From an uncultured delta proteobacterium (GTDB taxonomy: Bacteria > Desulfobacterota > Desulfomonilia > UBA1062): a stretch of 64,000 nt of DNA. Below, piece by piece: positions 60,638-64,000 of this stretch (position 1 is the stretch's first letter; every line of letters begins with the position of its first letter). Where the stretch lies: positions 704,001 to 768,000 of the forward strand of contig CAWAUM010000001.1 of the NCBI GenBank assembly GCA_963785235.1, written 5' to 3'. The position numbers were made by a program, and so were the translations under genes. Under the pieces are notes generated by a model. The model was not told the origin of the DNA. It ran no database searches and saw nothing but the letters and a program-made list of their open reading frames with translations.

Positions 60638-61296
60638 ATCTCACCTCCTCATTATTGAAAATAGTACTGTGCAATCCTTGCCAGTCAAGTCTAGATGAAG
60701 TGCAGGATACCTGTCAAAGGCATTTGGATGCCTTTGGCTCAAACTGTAACTTAATCAGTGGTGGATATCTTCTTGATGAAGACCGAAATCCCGATAAGGA
60801 CACAACCTGTAACGAACATGCTGATCATTTCATAGCCCTCGCGTTTTATGCCAAGGCACGAGCCTGGCGGATATACCAAAAGTTCCCATTATTATGGGTA
60901 TAGGTGCACTATCAATCCTGGACGAATACGGGTTTACCGATATCAGCTCAAGGAAAAACCTGCATATTCTGCAGGTGCTGGAGTCACATAAAGAACTTTA
61001 GAGAATAAATCAAGAACAAAATTAATTTAAGGAGTTGGCAGGAAAATAAGGGTTTATTTGTTTTTCAAAGTCCACGAGGTAAAAGCAAGATTTCACTACA
61101 AATCTCTTAACTCACAGGTTGATACCGCATATTGATATGTATCTTGTCGGACACAATGAAATGAGCCATGCAGCCTGGAAAGCCAACATGACGATAGCAT
61201 AGTATGCCCTATAAATGGTATAAAGCTTAAGGCAGGCAGCTATTTCATAAATCAGCAGTGAAAACGTTTGCGATAAATAAAAGGAGGATTCAAAGC

Positions 61297-61569
61297 ATGA
61301 CAAAGTCAGATTTGGTGGATATCCTGGCAAGGAAAACGGACATAACCAAGACAAGCGCGGTAGAGGCAATTGATGTATTCACCCAGACAATTGCCGATGC
61401 ACTGAAGAAAGGCGATAAGGTCACCCTGATAGGTTTCGGGACATTCGACGTTGCACACAGAGCTGCCAGAGAAGGAGTGAACCCCCAGACCAGGCAGAAG
61501 ATTAAGATCAAAGCCAGCAAGGCCCCAAGGTTCAAAGCAGGAAAAGCATTGAAGGACGCGGTCAATTAA
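61297..61569 (+). CDS. hup: DNA-binding protein HU
   Basis: SD AGGAGG; MTKSDLV..GFGTF..RAAREG.NPQT..P.FKAGK.LK. Confidence 0.95.
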   Translation: MTKSDLVDILARKTDITKTSAVEAIDVFTQTIADALKKGDKVTLIGFGTFDVAHRAAREGVNPQTRQKIKIKASKAPRFKAGKALKDAVN

Positions 61570-61592
61570 GAGGACCATACCCTTCCTGACTA

Positions 61593-61650
61593 TAGAGGGC
61601 CACAAGCCAAGACAAGGGGCTTGGCTGTGGCACTCTAGTGTTTATTTTGT
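61593..61650 (+). terminator. Terminator after hup
   Basis: TAGAG.GCCAC.AGCCAAG / CTTGGCTGTGGC.CTCTA hairpin followed by TTTTATTTT. Confidence 0.6.
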
Positions 61651-61738
61651 GATCCTCAAAAGTGGAAAATACCGGATAATCTCAGAATTGAAGAGATACT
61701 AAGAATCAATTGCAATTCATAGATTAGCTTTAGAAAAG

Positions 61739-61823
61739 TGCCCGAGGCCGGACTTGAACCGGCACAGAACTAAGTTCCGAGGGATTTTAAGTCCCTTGCG
61801 TCTACCAATTCCGCCACTCGGGC
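61739..61823 (-). tRNA. tRNA-Leu (anticodon UAA); CCA not encoded
   Basis: GCCCGAG-TGGCGGAATTGGTAGACGC-AAGGGAC-TTAAAA-TCCCT, long variable arm, GGTTCAAGTCC, CTCGGGC-A. Confidence 0.97.
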
Positions 61824-61992
61824 AGGCAAGAGTGGATGTAAACGCATCGCATAAGTCCTGTCAAGCATCTCCTCATCTTTTTTTCGTTTCTCTTCATGAA
61901 TAGGCATTCTTGTGATATTGCCATAAATCAATAGGGAATTGTTACAAACTTATGAGTAGGGGCATAGAGATGCAACTTGAAAGGAGAATGGT

Positions 61993-63600
61993 ATGGTGAA
62001 GGTGACCTGCCTTGGTGCTGCCGGGACTGTTACTGGTTCGAATTTCCTTGTAGAGACTACATCGGGTAAGAGGTTCCTGGTGGATTGTGGTATGTTCCAG
62101 GGTGGCAAAAAGATGGAGCTGCGCAACTGGAGGGAGTGGGACTTCGACCCATCGCAGATCAGTGCGGTCTTTCTCACGCACGCCCACATCGACCACAGCG
62201 GCCGTTTGCCAAAGCTGGTAAGGGATGGTTTCAAGGGCAGGATCATCACCACTTTCCCTACAGCCCAGCTCTGTGAGATCATGTTTCTGGACTCGGCCCA
62301 CGTTCAGGAGATGGAGGCCCAGTGGCAGAGCAAGAGGAACAAGCGCAAGGCCCACGAAGAGATCAGGCCGCTCTACACCACGGATGATGCCCGGAACAGC
62401 CTCCAGTACCTCAATCCTGTCAAGGGTGACGAGATCATCAATATAGAGGAGGGGATCCGTATTCGTTTCAAGAATGCAGGTCACATCCTGGGGTCGTCCA
62501 TCCTGGAGATGTGGGTAACTGAGAACAGCCATGAGATAAAGATCGTATTTTCAGGTGACATCGGAAAGGCCAACCAGCTCATCTTAAAGGACCCGGCCGA
62601 GATCTTCAATGCGGATTATCTGTTCGTGGAGTCCACCTATGGCAACCGTGTGCACAAGCCTATGGGAGAGAGCGAGGCCGAGCTGCTCTCGGCCATCGGT
62701 TATGCCTATAAGAATGGCGAGAAGGTTATTATCCCCGCCTTTGCTGTTGAACGTACCCAGGAGGTCCTCTACCTCTTAGGTGAGTTCCAGAGGCAGGGCA
62801 AACTGCCTGACATACCGATTTATCTCGACAGCCCGCTGGCTATCAAGGCCACCGAGATCTTCAAGCGGAATAAACAGGATTATGATGAAGAGGCAACAGC
62901 CATTGTGAAGAACGGCATTGACCCCTTCAGCCTGCCTAATCTCCATTATTGCGAGACCTCAGCCGAGTCCATGGCCATCAACGAACACAATGGCCCGGCC
63001 ATAGTGATTGCCGGAAACGGCATGTGTACGGCAGGGCGTATAAAGCACCACCTCAAGCACAATTTATGGAGGGAAGGTGCGAGCATTGTGATAGTCGGAT
63101 TTCAGGCTAACGGTTCCACCGGCAGGAAGATTGTTGACGGATACGAGTCAGTGAAAATTTTTGGTGACGATGTTGCCGTGAAGGCAAAGGTGTTCACCAT
63201 TGGCGGGTTCTCTGCACATGCAGACCAGAATGACCTTATGGCGTGGGTAGGAAACTTCAGCGAGTCCAGGCCCAAGGTGTTTGTGGTGCATGGTGAGTCT
63301 TTGGTATCCGAGGAATTCGCCCGTCTCATAACTGAAAAGAAAGGGTTTGTTGCCTACGTGCCGCACTGGAGAGAGCGCCTTATCCTCAAGGCCAAGGAAT
63401 TCATCACCCAGGCACCTGCACCTGAAGAAGCGCCAGTGGATACCAAGGCCGACATGCTTACGGTCTTTGCCGATGTTGAACGCCAACTCGCCATTTTAAA
63501 GAAGCGAATTGAAAAGGATGAATACCGTACCCTCATCACTGAAGATGAGATTGACCGGCTCAGATATGTTGAGGAGGAATTGAGCGGGATATTGGTTTAG
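61993..63600 (+). CDS. MBL-fold beta-CASP ribonuclease (CPSF73/YSH1-like)
   Basis: VTGS, VDCGMFQG, THAHIDHSG, AGHILGS, FSGD, ESTYG, PAFAV.R.QE, FSAHAD, VVHGE. Confidence 0.92.
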   Translation: MVKVTCLGAAGTVTGSNFLVETTSGKRFLVDCGMFQGGKKMELRNWREWDFDPSQISAVFLTHAHIDHSGRLPKLVRDGFKGRIITTFPTAQLCEIMFLDSAHVQEMEAQWQSKRNKRKAHEEIRPLYTTDDARNSLQYLNPVKGDEIINIEEGIRIRFKNAGHILGSSILEMWVTENSHEIKIVFSGDIGKANQLILKDPAEIFNADYLFVESTYGNRVHKPMGESEAELLSAIGYAYKNGEKVIIPAFAVERTQEVLYLLGEFQRQGKLPDIPIYLDSPLAIKATEIFKRNKQDYDEEATAIVKNGIDPFSLPNLHYCETSAESMAINEHNGPAIVIAGNGMCTAGRIKHHLKHNLWREGASIVIVGFQANGSTGRKIVDGYESVKIFGDDVAVKAKVFTIGGFSAHADQNDLMAWVGNFSESRPKVFVVHGESLVSEEFARLITEKKGFVAYVPHWRERLILKAKEFITQAPAPEEAPVDTKADMLTVFADVERQLAILKKRIEKDEYRTLITEDEIDRLRYVEEELSGILV

Positions 63601-63721
63601 GGAGGATTCCTTCCCCCTTTCTCATATGTGCAGTGGGTTGTTTTGATTTGAAGTTTGGAAAAGACTGAATCCGGAATTGATTAGAGAATGTATCGGCCCC
63701 ATGAATAATGGAAAAAGCATA

Positions 63722-63768
63722 CAAAAAAATCAATACCGACCACCCTCGGTAATTTACCGAGGGTGGTC
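63722..63768 (-). terminator. Intrinsic terminator
   Basis: GACCACCCTCGGTAA-T-TTACCGAGGGTGGTC (63738-63768), with a T-rich tail on the minus strand. Confidence 0.7.
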
Positions 63769-63802
63769 TTGGTGCATCGTCAGAAAAATGTTACGAGCTG
63801 TC

Positions 63803-64000
63803 TTACTTAGGTGCGTCAGCTGGAGCCGGGGCTTCAGCAGGGGCTGCTGCGCCGCCTGTTGTTGCGGGCATTGCCTCAGGTGCTGCTGCTTCTGGAGCTG
63901 TCTCTGTTACTGCGGGTGTTTCGGTTGCTGCTTCCTTTTTCTGGCAAGCGGTTATGTTCAACATAAGCCCAAACACGACAACCACAAACAAAACCCATAA
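63803..64000 (-). CDS. Small Ala/Pro/Glu-rich lipoprotein (5' end outside window)
   Basis: Hydrophobic stretch, ITAC lipobox, then low-complexity APEAAAP..; terminator follows. Confidence 0.7.
   Translation of the reverse strand, partial: LWVLFVVVVFGLMLNITACQKKEAATETPAVTETAPEAAAPEAMPATTGGAAAPAEAPAPADAPK

Noticed and set aside
60655-61250. Short ORFs between the cyclodeaminase-like gene and hup
   Set aside because: No recognisable motif or convincing RBS; cannot be supported from sequence alone.
61739-61823. tRNA-Leu as an integration site for an island
   Set aside because: No integrase and no duplicated tRNA 3' end seen; flanked by housekeeping genes.

Overview
A 64-kb chromosomal segment, most consistent with an anaerobic Desulfobacterota (deltaproteobacterial) bacterium, judged from gene content and order. 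It carries mostly housekeeping and metabolic genes: pgm, gltX, aconitase, atpE, nfnAB, ychF, zapB-zapA-6S RNA-ygfA-rny-tyrS, bioY, HU and tRNA-Leu. Many single-base frameshifts look like long-read assembly errors. No CRISPR array, prophage or transposase is visible. Main points of interest: (1) four dispersed copies of an intergenic element built on a 28-29 bp hairpin, with arms that co-vary between copies, a conserved asymmetric loop and accessory flanking hairpins; in one copy the loop is flipped relative to both flanks; (2) an MshEN-domain fusion to a catalytically degenerate PilT-like ATPase, which is on the + strand (the ORF track mislabels it); (3) an ArcE-like arginine synthetase plus carbamate kinase near a TIGR00300/ArgZ-C-type ornithine cyclodeaminase-like gene; (4) a candidate sigma54-driven sRNA with an anti-Shine-Dalgarno tract; (5) an orphan atpE, an output-less Cache sensor, a DUF3015-DUF4105(Lnb-like)-lipoprotein hydrolase operon, and SCP2-enzyme pairs. 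All family calls come from motif recognition by eye, not from database searches.
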